Shown: positions 24,773 to 39,100, counted from the whole stretch's first letter. The stretch: 63,108 bases of DNA, filler included, from Dugesia japonica (GCA_001938525.1; 6 parts of 6 records of this genome joined end to end with filler, not necessarily neighbours in it), one strand, 5' to 3'. Translations and numbers: made by a program. The notes: generated by a model from the letters alone, not told the origin.

Positions 24773-27210
24773 TACATCATGTGATATATCCTTTGATGTA
24801 GTGTATTCAATTTTCGCTTTGCCATATACCGGAAAGTTGAAATATAAAGTTGAAAAATAAGGGTGCATATTCTAGTCTACAATTCAAGATGGAGAATCTC
24901 GAAATGAGATCAGTGCACATTCCGAAAAATGTAAAATATCAGGTTGCAGAAGATGTCAGAAAATTCGTAAACTGCAACTTACAGTTTGGAATACATGCAA
25001 AATTTGAGAAAAATGATGGTGATGAGGAAGAAATTAAGGAATGGTTCTGGTCCTACAAAGCAGTAGGGTATTCGGATAATTTTTTGACAAAGGTAACAGC
25101 AAAAGCAAATAAAGAAATCGAAACCTTGTCTGAGCTTAGTATTGGATGGAAAATTAGAAGAATTTTAAAGCTCAGGTTTATTTTAGTCAAATTCTCAACG
25201 GTAATTTACTTATACGGTCGATTATTTATTCGGAGTTCAGAATCGTTGCAAAGAAGCAAGGCCATAGTGAATGTAAAGAATTATAATAATAAATGTTTCT
25301 ATGTAGCATACTTGCATTGCTCAAGTATGATATAATCAAAAAAGATCGAAATCGAACACAGAAATATGAGAGCTTTTTAAATGAATTGGTGTACAATGAG
25401 CAGAAGATGCCGATGAAGCTCATCAATATCCCGGAATTTGAAAGGGAAAACGAATTATCAATAACGGTTTTCAAGTATAAAGTAGTACTTAATAGAGAAG
25501 AAAACACTAAAATTGTGTACAAAAATCCACATGGACGCCCCGTGAATTTGTTGATGCTGGAAAACGGTCAAGATTATCATTACACGGGAGTGGTAAATTT
25601 GGATATATTAATAAATTTAGACGTCAAATCAATAAAATGTCGAATACAAAGAAAATAGGGCCAAAAGTGCCTGCATGAATTCAAGACACAGACTACTTTC
25701 AATCAACATGTAGATCTATGCAGCCAAATAACTGAAAACACTTCACTATACACAATGCCGGCAGAAAAGGAGTTGAACTTCAAAGATTTCGGAAAAATTA
25801 TGACTCCAAGATTTGAATTATACGCTGATATTGAAACTATCTGGTTCCAGAAGATGATGGTCGAGTCAGGCATTTACCGATAGCTGTAAGGCTTTTATTA
25901 ATTTAATTGCTGGAAGAAGCCAGAAAATGCGAATATTAATCATTTTATGAAGAAAATTGTAAGGTGGAAGTTTTGGATTGTATTGATAAATTAGCAAAGA
26001 ATGTAGTTGCACCTTGATATAAGAAAAACATGTGTGCAGATATGAAAATAACAACAGTAGAATAGATTTTATTTCTAAACACATTGCTATTTATGTGGAG
26101 ACAAAGTCAAGAAACTGGTTTGAGATCACGATAATTTCTGAGGAAAATATATTGGCACTGCATGCAATCAGTGCAATTTGTCCAGAAAGATCAGAATGAA
26201 ATTGCCTGTTATGTTTGATAAATTTAAAGGTTATGATTCACATCATATTATCAAATGTGCTCTCAATCAATTTTAGTATTGGGAGCTGAAACCAATTGCA
26301 AAACCCACAGAAAGATTCCTAGCAATGTTTGCAAATGTAGGTAATGGAGTCATAATTCAATTTATTGATTCATTCCAGTTCCTGAGCAGTTCACTATCAT
26401 TTACATAAACGAAATATCAGCGAGAAGAGCAGCTTCCAAGACAAAATTCAAAAAGGATTTTTAAAAGTTGCTGAATAAGGTTTTGTATGGCAAGACGTTG
26501 GAGAATTTAAAAAAGTGGATGAATCTCCAACTTTGCAATAATGAAAAGAAATTTGTTACGTATACGAGCAAAGTAACATTCAAACAGACGATGGATATTG
26601 CAGATGGATTAAAAGCTGTTTTGCTGGAGAAGGATTGCATATGTCTAAATAGTCCAAGTTACATTGGACATGTGGTTCTGAATTTTAGCAAGTTACGCAT
26701 GTACAAGTTACAGTACGAAAAGTTGGAAAATTATAGAAATCAATTTGACTACAAAATTGGTATTATTGCAGGTGACACAGATAGCTTTTTCTTGTCATGT
26801 ACTAGAGTAGATAAAAATAGATTGCTGAGAGAAATGGTCTCCTGGATACAAGCAATTATCCAAAGGATCACCCATTATACTCTAGTGAAGTGACCAATAA
26901 GATCGGGCTTTTTAAAGATGAGGGTCAAAGAAAAAATTATCTGCAATGTGTATTTCTGAGACCCAAATGCAAAAGCATGAAGAAAGAAGATGGCAGCACA
27001 ACAAAGAAGGCTAAAGGAGTTGGTTTGAAACAAACTAACATTCTTCATGATAATTTTATGGATGCATATATCGGAGCGGGAGAAGTGAAGAAGGTAAATC
27101 AGAGCACATTAAGGTCAATTAATCATCAGAAACTAAGAAATGCGCGTTATCATGTATGAACGATAAGCGCTTTTCGGAGGATAAAATAAGAGTATGGCCT
27201 ATGGCCATTA
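24773..27210 (+). pseudogene. Polinton protein-primed family B DNA polymerase, disrupted with internal deletion
   Basis: IVNVKN.NNKCFL.SILA; endonuclease VII-like DHDN..GKYIGTACNQCNL; exonuclease KGYDSHHI and FIDSFQFLSSSL; KLLNKVLYGK, GDTDSFF, IGLFKDE, FLRPK, KAKGV. Confidence 0.92.
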
Positions 27211-27413
27211 AAAAATTATTAATTAAATTAAATAAAACAATAATAATCGTTATGTTTTTTTATTCATGTCAACAAATTTGAGAGCGACTTGCAGAAAAAA
27301 GATGTATGACTATTTGACGATAAATTGTGATTTGATTATGATTTAAATACAATATTTTCGATCACTTGTTTTTTTTTATTTATGGAATTTATATTTATTT
27401 GATGATGATGATG

Positions 27414-27469
<56 letters not shown>

Positions 27470-27519
27470 NNNNNNNNNNNNNNNNNNNNNNNNNNNNNNN
27501 NNNNNNNNNNNNNNNNNNN

Positions 27520-27577
<58 letters not shown>

Positions 27578-27592
27578 CATAATATTAAAAAT

Positions 27593-30120
27593 AGTAGGTG
27601 GAAGTGAGTGCACTAGACCAGGATGTTTACATTATTGTAGGTGTGAACTTCCACGCCCTAATGTAAACTATGAAATTGACACCTTGGGTGTGAACTTTCA
27701 CACATTAATGTAAACATAGAAATTGATACTCGAGGTGTGAATTTTCACGCCTTTAAAATAAACAATATTAGGTGTGAAATTTCACACTTCAGTTGACCTT
27801 AAATTAATATTTTTTGTTTTAATTAACATGTATATAATCATGTATATAAAATTCAATTGGATATGTGTATAATACCCATCGGTTTAATATGTGTATTAGA
27901 CTCACTTTTTGGTTTATTGCATGTATTATATGACGTTATATGATTTATTGTATGTATTTATTTGTATGTATCAGGTTTATTCTATGTATTTAAGAGACTT
28001 TATTGATTATTTGTCTGTTTTATATAACATTATTGGGTGTAATTTATGACATTAGTCGATGTATTATGCATATTATATAATATTATTTCGTGTATTGTGT
28101 GTATTATATTAATATGAATATATAGAGTATATAGTGTGTGTGTATTATAACACTATATTGCAATACTTGGGTGTATTATTGGACTTTATATGGTTGATAA
28201 TGTAGGTATTATATGAATTTATTGGGTTTATCATGTGTATTATATAACTATATTAAGTTTCTTGTATGTATTATAATACATACAAGAAACTTAATATAGT
28301 TATATAATACACATGATAAATCCAATAAATTCTCTATAAGGTTTAATTGCTATAGGTTTATAATAGATAAAATAGATAATTATAATGTTGTATATGATAA
28401 GAGTAGTAATATAGTAACGAGGAATATAGAATTTTTCTTATATAAATAGTTGAAAAATATTTTTAATTGGATTTTTTATAGAATCTGGATGAACAGCCAA
28501 ACCTTTTACTCGGTTTTAGCCGATTCGGTCAAAGTTTTCTTTGGATTTGGTTGATTTGGTCAAATCTTTCTTCGAAGTGGTCAAATTTGGCTTATTTCGT
28601 GTGATTGTTTAGTGAATTTAGTCATAGACTTCCTCTGGTTTGCTTGATTCCGTTGAAATTTTACTCGCTGATGTCCAATCTGGTATATATCTGGATAGTT
28701 TAGGTAATTTTTGAGTGATAATTTGCTCTGTGAGGTCAATTTTGTCTATTTTCTTGATGGTTATTTTTTAATTTGATCAAAGATTTCGTCGGGTTTGCTT
28801 GAATTAGTTGACATTTTACTCGGCAAAGTTAAATCAGGTTTAGTTTTAGTAGTTTTAGGTGATAATTTACTTAATGATGTCGAATCAGGTAGATTTTGAC
28901 TGGTTTTAGGTGATTTTAGGTGATAATTTACTTAGTGAGAACAAATCTGGTTAATTTCGGTTTGGAATCTTCTCTGTTTTCTCGGTTTGGGTAATCTTTG
29001 GGTAAACTCGGTTGAACACTTCCCCGATATGGACAGTTTTGGGCAATCTCAGTCAATTATTTATTTACAAGCGTGAATTAAGGTGATAACTTCCGTGGTC
29101 TGGTCAGTTTGGATTAAATATTTTAAGAAAATTCATGGCAAAAGTCAAATTTGTTTAAATTTCTAAGTTTTCAAAAATGTTTTATGAGATGTATTATGGA
29201 AATTCGGAGGAACAGTCGATGTTGTTTAAATAATATGAAAACTTTAAATTTTTAGATCAATACATGTGATAAGTGAATCCTGTTGAACATCCTAAATTTT
29301 GAAAATATTTTTTATCGAGATTTTTCCATCTATCAATTCAGAATGACCTCGATATCATTTATAGCTAGAAAATAATTTTTCGAAAAGTTTTATGTTCTCA
29401 AATTTAATTATAAACCATTCTATTCGATTAAAATGTTAAAATGATCATGACTGATCTATTTAAAAATTGCCAAATTCTGCCTGGGGCTGAAGTAAATTAG
29501 ATAAACCCGGTAAATTTTGACAATTTTTAAGGTTTTTCTTTTCTAATCGTAACAAAACATATATTATTTGATAGAGACTTTTCAGTGATCAAGAAAAACA
29601 TCACTTAAAATCACAAAACTTAATTTGGCAGAAAAAATTTAAAAGTACATGGTCGAAAATCCCGAGGATGCTTAATGATTTTTTTACTATTCGATAAAGA
29701 CGTTTTTACTGATTAAGAATATTGACGGTTTAAATTTGCAAATCAAGTTACTTTAAAAAACTTTACATTTTTTATTTCTTAATAATTAATTAAAATTTGA
29801 AAAATTATAAAAAAATTATAATAATAAAAAAGAAACCTGTCTCAAAATTTATAATTAAACCATCTTTTTGATAGAGAATATTTTGCTGATCAAGAATAAT
29901 ATCAACTAAAATCATTAAACTTTCTACATGATGAAATAAATCAAAAAACAAGTACTTAATTTGGGTGTCTCACCCCAGAAACATAAAAATAGGCTAATAA
30001 TTTACTCGGTGAGGTCGAACCAAGTCTAGTTTTAAGTTGTTTTAAGTAATCTTAGATTAGTTTTTACTTAGTGAGGTTGAATCAGGTATATTTTGACTGG
30101 TGTTAGCTAATAATTTACTT
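27593..30120 (+). mobile_element. Polinton-type terminus plus long non-coding repeat-rich subterminal region
   Basis: AGTAGGTGGAAGTGAGTGCAC; four GGTGTGAA(C/T/A)TT(T/C)CAC units (27640-27790); TGTATTAT repeats; GGTCAA/CTCGG degenerate satellite (28500-29160); 29073-29370 aligns inverted with 39820-40110. Confidence 0.6.
28215..28332. repeat. 118-nt near-perfect palindrome with no loop
   Basis: 28227-28273 is the exact reverse complement of 28274-28320; one mismatch, then 11 more paired bases. Confidence 0.95.
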
Positions 30121-32222
30121 TTCATCGGAATTTTCTTACACTTTTTGAGTTTCTCATTTCTCACTGGTCCCTATGCATAAATTCTCTGCTAGCTGTACAC
30201 CGGATTTTAGAAATGAATGCTCTGTACACTGTGCACTGGTATTCAGTTATCAATGGTTTTCCCACTGTTTACATGACATCACTATTTACTGAACATTTCT
30301 ATTACTTACTGGTTTTCTTCCGCTATTTGCAGGTTTTAACGTTTCACTAGTACTGTTTTATTAATATTTAATTATTTAACCTGTTCTATATTTTTACTTG
30401 AACTTTTGAAATTAAATTAGATTTTGTGTGTATTTTTTAATTCATGTTCAATTATTATCGTATAAATTTGATTAAACTTCAATTTATAATATGAATTTTT
30501 TTATCAAGCATTGATTCATTGAAATAATTTCTAAACATTTATTGAAAATAATTCATATAATTGATTGAATAAATTAAGTATGATGAATTGCATAATCTTC
30601 AAATAATTATCAGTAAAAGTATAAACAACTTCAATTTTTTTGAAAAAACAATAATTTTAGACAAAGTTTTAAATAAATAGTTAAAATTATACTTTTATGG
30701 TTAAATTAAAATTAAAATGCTTATTAATTATTGAGGAATTTTGAAATATTTTGAAAATAAATTAAATTTTATGTATAATTTTATGTTTAAATCAAAATTA
30801 TAATGAGAAATATATTAAGTATTGAAAGTTTTGAAATACTTTGAAAATAAATTAGATTTCATATATATTTTTATGGTTAAATTTAGAATTTCTATGGTTA
30901 AATTAAAGTTATCATAAGAATGGTTATTATGCATTGAAATATTTGTAAATATTCATTAAAAATAACCCATATGATTGATTGCATAAATAATTTTCAAATA
31001 ATTATAAGAAAAGTATCAAAAACATTAATTTTAATTTTAAAATACAATAATTTCAGGCAATCTTTTAAAATAAGTGAAATTTAAGCTTTAAAAATTATAG
31101 AGTAAACTACCTTTTCAATTTATGGTTTCACATTCATTAAATACTAAAATAAATAAGGATAATTCTAAAGTTAAATAAGAATAATTTTTATCTTCTGTTA
31201 GGATATAAAAATTTTCATTCTTGTTTTATAATTTCTTAATGTATTAACTTTATAAGTTGAATTTAAAAGTTTGTAAATATTGATTCTAAATTTGAATTGA
31301 TTGAAAGTTTAATTAATTAAGTAATTTGAACAGTTAATAATAGTTTCATGAATAATTGGTTAGAATTTTATTGATTGAATAAATTTTTATGTTTCAATTT
31401 GATGATTAATTGGTCAATAAATCCATTAGAAATATATTTCAAAGGCATTTACAATATTAAGATGAAAATACGTGAATAATTAGCTTGTTATTAGTTGCAA
31501 ATTATAAATTCTGGGTCAATTATAAAGCGGACTATTTGAAACAAGTAATAAATAAATCAAACCATTGAGTGCTCGATGGATAAATGACTTGAAAGTGTAT
31601 TTGGTTAGGTTTAAGCTGATGAATGCAATATCAAAGTATATAAAATCGAATTAGTTAAATTAATTTTTTAAAGTCTATCTGCTCCCCTGAAATATTAAAA
31701 TTTGAATTATTTGTTTCTACTAAGTATTTATATGAATAAATAAGTTGTTTTTACATCTTTACAGTATTAAAAACATTTCCATGTATTTCATTCCTTGAAA
31801 AAAGTTAGAATGACAGTGGTATTCATATTATCATATTAGATTTGTATTAATGAATAGAATATTGTATATTGACATTAACAGTTGTTGATAGTGTTTTATA
31901 TACTTATACCTGAAAGAATCCATTATTATTTATTAAGACTTAATGATAGCGAGAATTGTGTATGTTTAGAGCTGTTAATAGTGAGTATTATGTATGGTAA
32001 AACTTGATGATAGCAAGACTTGTGTACTTTGACTTAAACCATATGATAGAAAATTTTATTCAAAGTATGATTTATAGGTGAATAAAGCACATTAAAAGGA
32101 CTACTTTTAAAAGAGTTTCTATATGAGGGTGAAAAAATACGTGAAACATTGACTAAATTATTTGGTTTAATTGAGTGACAATTGGTGGATTGTATGAGTA
32201 CCATAGTAATAATATAATAAAC

Positions 32223-33566
32223 ACTGGATAAATAGTGGTGAACATAGCCAGCACACATTCAGTGACCCCCCTCACGTGACGCAATCAAATTAATACATAA
32301 ATGAGGCTGTATTTTTCCAATGTAAATGGGCGGTAGCACACATTTGTGTGCATTACATAATGTAATTAATTTCGTCGCGACAATATTACAAACGTGTGTT
32401 AGTATTTTTCATGTGTANTTAGTTGAGAAAATTTTTGCACACAAATTATTTCATAAGATTAATTTCATCGGTTAAATTGTACGTAATAGGATTAACTGTG
32501 TCAAAATTTTCATGTGTATTTAGTTAGGAAAATATTTTAAGCTTTTTAAGCAGCAATATTCTTTCAGGCTTTTTAGGTGGGAAAAATTTTTTTTGTGGGA
32601 ATTTCTTTAGGAATCCGGGAAAATTGTTCATGTGGTTTAAATAAAATGCAAATTTTCTAAATTTTTTAAATCAACTTTTTTGGAATCCGAGCATCAAAAA
32701 TTTAAAAAATAATTTTTTTAATTTTTACAACATACAGTTATTTTTAGATATAACGACTCAGAATTTTACGGCGATCATTTTTGGTTTTCTCAGTATTTTT
32801 GCACAAGTTTTTTTCGAAAAAATATTTTCTTCTCAAAATAGGTCAATAAATTGTCTATCCGATAGAGAAGTTGTCGCTGATTCTAAATATGTTAACCTAA
32901 AATCGTCAAAGTTAATATTTTGTGAAAGAATTGAGGTTTTGTGGTGAAAAAATCTCAATTCAAAATTTCGTGCTCAGAGAACTACTATCGACGCAAATTT
33001 GGTCCATTATTTTCTTGGAATTGGTAAAATTGGTTGAAAAGTTCCTAAGGTTTGGTTAACTTGGTTAATTTTTTGGGTGATTTGGTTGAGATTTTCCTCG
33101 GGATTTGCCAGTTTAGGTAATTTTTTGGTGTTTAGATCAATTATTCTTTCAGGAAAAGCAAATTTGGAGTAGATTTGGGTAACTTGGTCTAATATTTTCT
33201 TTAGATTGGTCATTTTTGGTAATTTATAGATGAATTCGATCAATTATTTTCTCGGGTTTGGTCAATTTGGTCAAATATTTTCTCAGAAATGGTTAACATG
33301 GTTAATATTTGGAAGATTTAGTCTATTATTTACTCGGTTTGGGTAATTTTGGTAAATTATTTACTTGGCTTAGGAATATAAGTCAATTATATTCGTGTAT
33401 TGGGAAATATTGGTCAATTATTTGCTCACAGGGGTTATTTTTAGGTGAATTAGATCAATTATTTACTTGTTAATGGTCAGTTTGGGTAATTTTAGTGCAA
33501 ATCGGTAAATTATTTCCTCGGGAATGGTTAAGTTTGTTAATTTCTGGGTGATTTTGTCAATTATTT
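32223..33566 (+). mobile_element. Degenerate Polinton-type terminus plus subterminal satellite
   Basis: ACTGGATAAATAGTGGTGAAC; shares blocks with 24554-24672 and (inverted) 40700-40740; GGTCAATTATTT..CTCGG satellite at 33000-33566. Confidence 0.55.
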
Positions 33567-33666
33567 NNNNNNNNNNNNNNNNNNNNNNNNNNNNNNNNNN
33601 NNNNNNNNNNTTAATTAATTAANNNNNNNNNNNNNNNNNNNNNNNNNNNNNNNNNNNNNNNNNNNN
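33567..33666. other. Artificial contig-joining spacer
   Basis: N44-TTAATTAATTAA-N44. Confidence 0.97.
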
Positions 33667-33725
33667 GGGGGGGGGGGTTACCCCCCTCGAGGGGCCCCGG
33701 TTTGGTGCGCTCATATCTACCTACT
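33667..33725 (-). mobile_element. Polinton-type terminus (right end)
   Basis: Reverse complement reads AGTAGGTAGATATGAGCGCACC followed by G/C tracts. Confidence 0.65.
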
Positions 33726-33779
33726 TCCTATCAGTTTATAAACTCCTCACTTAAATCAGCGGTAAAGTCCTTAAAAGAG

Positions 33780-34260
33780 ACACTTTTTACGTTTAAACAT
33801 AGAAGAAATAAAACGTCAAAGAGAATATTCTCGTACAATCATGCAACCAGTTTGCAAGTTCTGGTTGAAACAACTAAAACGCCACCTAAATTAGATGAAA
33901 TTAATGAGCAAGAGTAGAAGAAAGTACTGGAAATGTGGAGAATAACCAACTGCAAGCCCCTTCTGGACTATATGATAGTTTATTTAAAGCTGAACATGTA
34001 TTTATTGACAGATTTTTCGCACAGTTCAGATTAAAATGAATATCACATATTAGATTGGAGCTATTGAATTTCTTTGGTATTCCTGATATGAGTCGGGCAT
34101 CAGCCTTGATGTCAATAAATGAACCAATAGAACTGTTGATGGACACGGATATGTACAATAGTTTTGAAGGTGGAATAAAGGGTGACATTTATTAAAAAAA
34201 AAGAATGTTACTACTAGTGAAAGTACAGATTTGTTATATATTTGTATGAATGCATTCTTT
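33780..34260 (+). pseudogene. Polinton pPolB central fragment
   Basis: DYMIVYLK...FAQFR...FFGIPDMSRASALM...IELLMDTDMYNSFEGGIKG matches the conserved DY..LYL..DV.LL.D.FE.FR...PG.SW...LELL.D.DMY.F.E.GIRGG block. Confidence 0.8.
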
Positions 34261-35659
34261 ATCAAAAACTACCATTTAAAGACTTTGAGATGGTTCATAT
34301 TGGTTTTGAATCAGTGTTGCCGGGACCCTTTCAAGAATTTACCTAATGTCCCTTATTAGGTTTTCGATGTGAAGCTGTTGACTTCTAACGCTTATTTGAA
34401 GTACATACTTACACATAATTTTATTCGGGTTCAATATTTCCCTATTATTTTAATTCAGTAAAAGAAAACAATTTTAATATCTATTAGTAAATACATTTAT
34501 TTTATGCCCATTTAAATGTGGTTCAACGCCTCAGAGTCCAACCACTGGGCGGGCTCGCCATTCATAAAATCGAAGGTGGCTTTGTCGTCGTCACGGTTCC
34601 AGCGCACCTATGTCTCCTGCTAGAGGAGATTGTACAGGTCGGCAATGTAAAAAATCAATTTTGTTGGTGAGTATCTATTTCGTGCGTTCCGCCAATTCTC
34701 CTTGCTTTTTTACGATCAAATCTAATTTTTTGATTTACCGGTTTTGCTGAGTTAAGTGGCACAGTAAACCTCGTTCATTCTCTCTCTTAATGTGACGCTC
34801 AAGTAGGAGCTTTTGGATTAATCAGAGGATATTCGGGAGGCAAATCCCAGGCACTACAAAAGAACAACTAATTAGGAGTTAAACAATTATGATCAATTTT
34901 AAAATAGACAAAAGATTATTATAAATAAATTTGTGAGATGAACACAAGCCAGTTTACTCAAATAAAACGATTTTATTCACAACAACAAGGAGCTAATAGA
35001 TATTGTCACGGACGCGATAACTGCGTACATTTATCGATCAGAAGAGGCTCTAACGGCATATGGTTCCGTAACTCCAATATATCGGTGACCAGTTTATTTT
35101 AACGGTCATGCAGGAACCGGATAAAATCGGCGAAGGACTCCAACTGTTGCTTCCATACGCGTTCCTGAGCATGTGAAGCTTTAGTTTCAAGCCGGTAAGT
35201 CTGACATTTAGATCTATAACGCTTGACCTTAGCGTTAGCATTGGCCATGTCGGCTTCCCATTTTCGCAATGCCAGATGGCTCAATTCCCAAGACATCTCG
35301 ATGTCCTTGCTACTCTAACGCACTTTCTTAGTGGGGGCGACTGAGCAGTTGAGTGATCAATGCACTAAAAATTAATTATAATTCAATTCGATTAAATAGT
35401 CTGTTAACAAGATATTAAAAACTAGATGAGGTTTACCGAATGCGGCATATGATTTATATACATGACAGACTCTAAAGAAAACTCAATTAATAAGATTAAC
35501 TTAGAAAAAAAACTATTTGGATACTCAATTCATGATAAACGCATATTAATAGCAAGAAAACATCAATTGATGATAATTTACTACAATTCATTTTCACTAT
35601 TAGAAGCCGGATCGGTGTTTTGCATGCTCATTTCTGCAAATGGTAAAGTTTTTACCCAA

Positions 35660-38600
35660 TTTTGTATATTCGATTGGCTCATCGTAAATATTTTATCTTT
35701 TGCCGTTTTGAATGCCCGTTTTATTAGTCAATTTCCCTCATGGTAATATGGAAACGAATATGATTGACTTATCTGCAGCTCCTTGCATAATCTGTTCATT
35801 GATGATGACTTAAATTGTGTTCCATTATCTGAATGAATGATTTTAGAAATTCCAAAATATGCTATCTTTCTAGTATAGATTTTGTGATCCCCTCTGCGGT
35901 AATATTTTTCATCGGGATTAATGATACATACCAAGAGTATACGTTTATTATGCCTACAATGTAGGAATAGTCGGCTACTGTTGTTAATGATCCTGTGATA
36001 TCTACACATATTGTTTCAAATGGCTCTGTGGTGGTGAATGCTAATTTGATCTTATACCCTAGTTTATGTCCTTCTTTTCTTTCTGCACATTGAATACAAT
36101 TGTTAATGAATGTATCTATGTCGATTTTAATGTTATTTTACTAGTGGAATCTTTGTACATTATGCAGAGTCTGTCTTCCACTTAGCTGTTCCAATCTATT
36201 GTGAAAATAACTTAATTTATTTACTCTATTCGTATCATAGGTTTCTCGTTCTTTCTCAATCTCTTTGACTTCGCGATAATTTATTTTCTCGTTTTCAACT
36301 ATTGATTTTACCTTTATATTCCGTTTCTTTTTCGAGTCTTAATGTTTTATTTTGCATTGTTCGCATTGTTTCTCTCTAGATATAGCTTCCGCATTCACAT
36401 GAAATTTTCCAGGTCTATGTTGAATTTCAAAATTGTAAGCCTCTAATTCTGCTAGCCATGAGCAATATTGGGAAGTATTTGGATTTTTCCAATTATAGCA
36501 CGATGACTAGCATCAGTACCCAATATAAAAGTGTCTGTTTGATTCGGGAAAACTAGAACTGGTGAATTTGTCAAAGCGTCTTTTAGCTTTGAAATTGACA
36601 TTGTGTGTTCCTCTTTCTATTTTAGATTTACGATCTTTTTCCTATTCCCAATAATATTGGCTTCTTTAAGAATTTCTTCTAAAGGTCTAACTATGACGGC
36701 ATAGTTCTCATCCAATTTTCTGTAAAAGTTGCAGAATCCTAGGAAACATTGCAGATCTTCATTTGTTTGTGGTGACTGTCAATTTTTAAATGCTATAATT
36801 TTATCTGGATCTGTTGCGATTCCTCTTTCAGATTTAATATGATCCCAATATTTAACTAAATTTCGTAGAAAAGTGCACTTTGTAAGTGATAATTTGACTC
36901 CTGCTTATCTTATTTTCTCTAATACTGTTCTTAGCATCTCGTTATGTTCTTTAAAATCTTTCCCAAAGATAAGAATGTCATCTAAGTATATTACACATTT
37001 TTCAAAATTTTCTTCTCATAAAATGAGATGCATTAATCTCTGAAACGTTGCGAGTACTCTACACAATCCAAAAGACAATCTGTTAAATTCTTATTGTCCT
37101 CTCCTAGTTGCAAATGCTGCTTTTTCTTTATCATGTTCATTTAACTCAATATTGTAGTAACCACTTGATTAATCTGCGATTTTGCCTTGAATTAGCTAAA
37201 TGCGCCTTTTCGTTACTGAATTAAGATTTCGATAAACAACGCATAGTCTTATATCTCCACTCTTCTTATGACAAATAACTATTGGTGATGACCATGGACT
37301 TGAGCTCTCTCGGACAATGCAATGGTTTTTTATTCATTTATCATTTCATCAACATGACTTTCTAAGTCGAGGGGAGCTCATCTCACTGGTTGTGCAATAG
37401 ATATAGCATCAATTAGATCAATTTCATGCTTCACCATTTTACAATGACCTACATCGTTTTTGTTTCTACTGAAAACATCCGCGAATTCCACAATAATATT
37501 TTCTATCTTCATTTTCTCAATACTATTTGTTGTATTCGTAGCTAATATTTTCAAAATACATTGGACATGATCTGTATTTATCTTTTTGTAACTTCTCTAT
37601 TGGTGGATCCGCAGTACTCATTTTCGTGTTTTTAAATATCGTAATCTCTCGATGTTTTATATTTATTATTCTTATTGGTATTCTGCCATCCTCAGTTACA
37701 TTTGAAATACTATTTGCTACTAAAATACTTCTATCTGCCAACATCTCTTTGTATGGACTAAATAAAACATTATCAATTCTAACTAAATTGTTTATTTCTT
37801 CTCTCGGACTCACTACCACAGTTCTATCTAAAAGTGTTCTAATATTACAAATTTGAGCCCCCTTGTAATGGTTCGCCTCAGCTTCTGGACTCACATAAGC
37901 TGAGCGTTCTAGTTTTCCATCTCTCTTACTTTAGAGATAAACTGGATTTGTTCTTCATCTACAAAAATGCAGTAATTAGCTGGCATCACCGCAATATTCA
38001 GACTTTTCATTTCTTTAATGCTTATAATTAATTGAGGAAATAATTTATCAACTACTATCTTTTTATATCCAGTTTTCTTGGAATTATTACATCTAAGAGG
38101 TTTTAAACAGTTTCTTGCAATGTGCCCTTCTTCTTTGCAATTATAGCATTTTATTCTATTCTTAAAATCTTTTGATGTTTTTTCATGGTAAAAATGATTT
38201 TTNATAACATGATTTTTTCCATCTGTCTTATTTTATATTCTAAATTGGAGATTCGTTTCTTTAAAATTTCTATTTCGTTAGATTTTTGAATGTCCATCTC
38301 ATTGGTAATCTTTCTCGCATAATAATTTTCTGATTTTTCTCCTTCTTTTTTAATAAGATTAAATGCTTCTTCTTGTGATTTTGGTTTCATTAATTCAGTT
38401 GCTTTGGCAGCATTTCGATTATTAATCTCTTTTAGAAATATATTAATAAAAATCCTTTCTCGTTCTATATCATCATTATCTTGCAATTGTTTCATGCCTG
38501 CAACTCGAACGGTCGTTAAATATTCGCGAAAAGACATATTTTCCTGTCTGCAACTAAGCACATTAATTATTGGACTTACCTTGGTCGTTTTTGTGCGATA

Positions 38601-38873
38601 TAATTTAATTAACTCTTCTTTAATCCAATCATAATTTGATATATTGTATCTAAAATTAGGAATTGATCTTATTTCTAAACTTGCATTTACTTCCAAACTG
38701 TTCATCAATTTTTCAGATTTTTCCGTTGGGTTAGCTATGTTTCGATCTGTAAAAGACTTCTCTATCTCCGATATATGATTATGGATATTGTTATTTATCT
38801 GGAATTGCTTGTGGAAATTCGTATTTCCTTGAAGGAATTTGAGAAATTCTTCCAAAACTACTCTTGACGCCAT
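35660..38873 (-). mobile_element. Degenerate Ty3/gypsy element (gag, zinc knuckles, RT, partial RNase H, integrase)
   Basis: 240-aa gag ORF 38151-38873; CYNCKEEGHIARNC; SSSPWSSPIV; CVIYLDDILIF; FILGTDAS; IIHSDNGTQF; PYYHEGN; the gag ATG overlaps a candidate PBS (AACA-TGGCGTCAAGAG). Confidence 0.92.
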
Positions 38874-39100
38874 GTTGTTTTGATAACTAAAAGAAACTAG
38901 ATATACAAAATATATTTTAAAATACTGCCGACTACGTAATTAGTTTGACTAAACAACATCTATTTCTACAATATGTTAAATAAGTATAAATGTTGAAAAA
39001 TGGCTAGAAATATAACAAATAATATAAAATAGATGAAAAGTGGCAAAAACTGACGAAAATAGACCAAATAAGCATAATAAATGACTATGTATAGAATACA
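38874..39100 (-). repeat. Probable 5' LTR of the minus-strand gypsy element
   Basis: Ends ...ACAACA directly before TGG; far boundary uncertain. Confidence 0.4.

Noticed and set aside
27366-27713. Poly-Ile ORFs
   Set aside because: Translation of an (AAT)n microsatellite and an N gap
27640-27790. CRISPR-like array of GGTGTGAACTTTCAC units
   Set aside because: Intervening sequences are similar to one another, there are no cas genes and the context is eukaryotic; this is a subterminal tandem repeat
31400-32220. Possible minus-strand gene
   Set aside because: No recognisable motif or consistent exon structure
33007-33243. 78-aa minus-strand ORF
   Set aside because: Lies in a degenerate satellite; the repetitive peptide reflects the repeat unit
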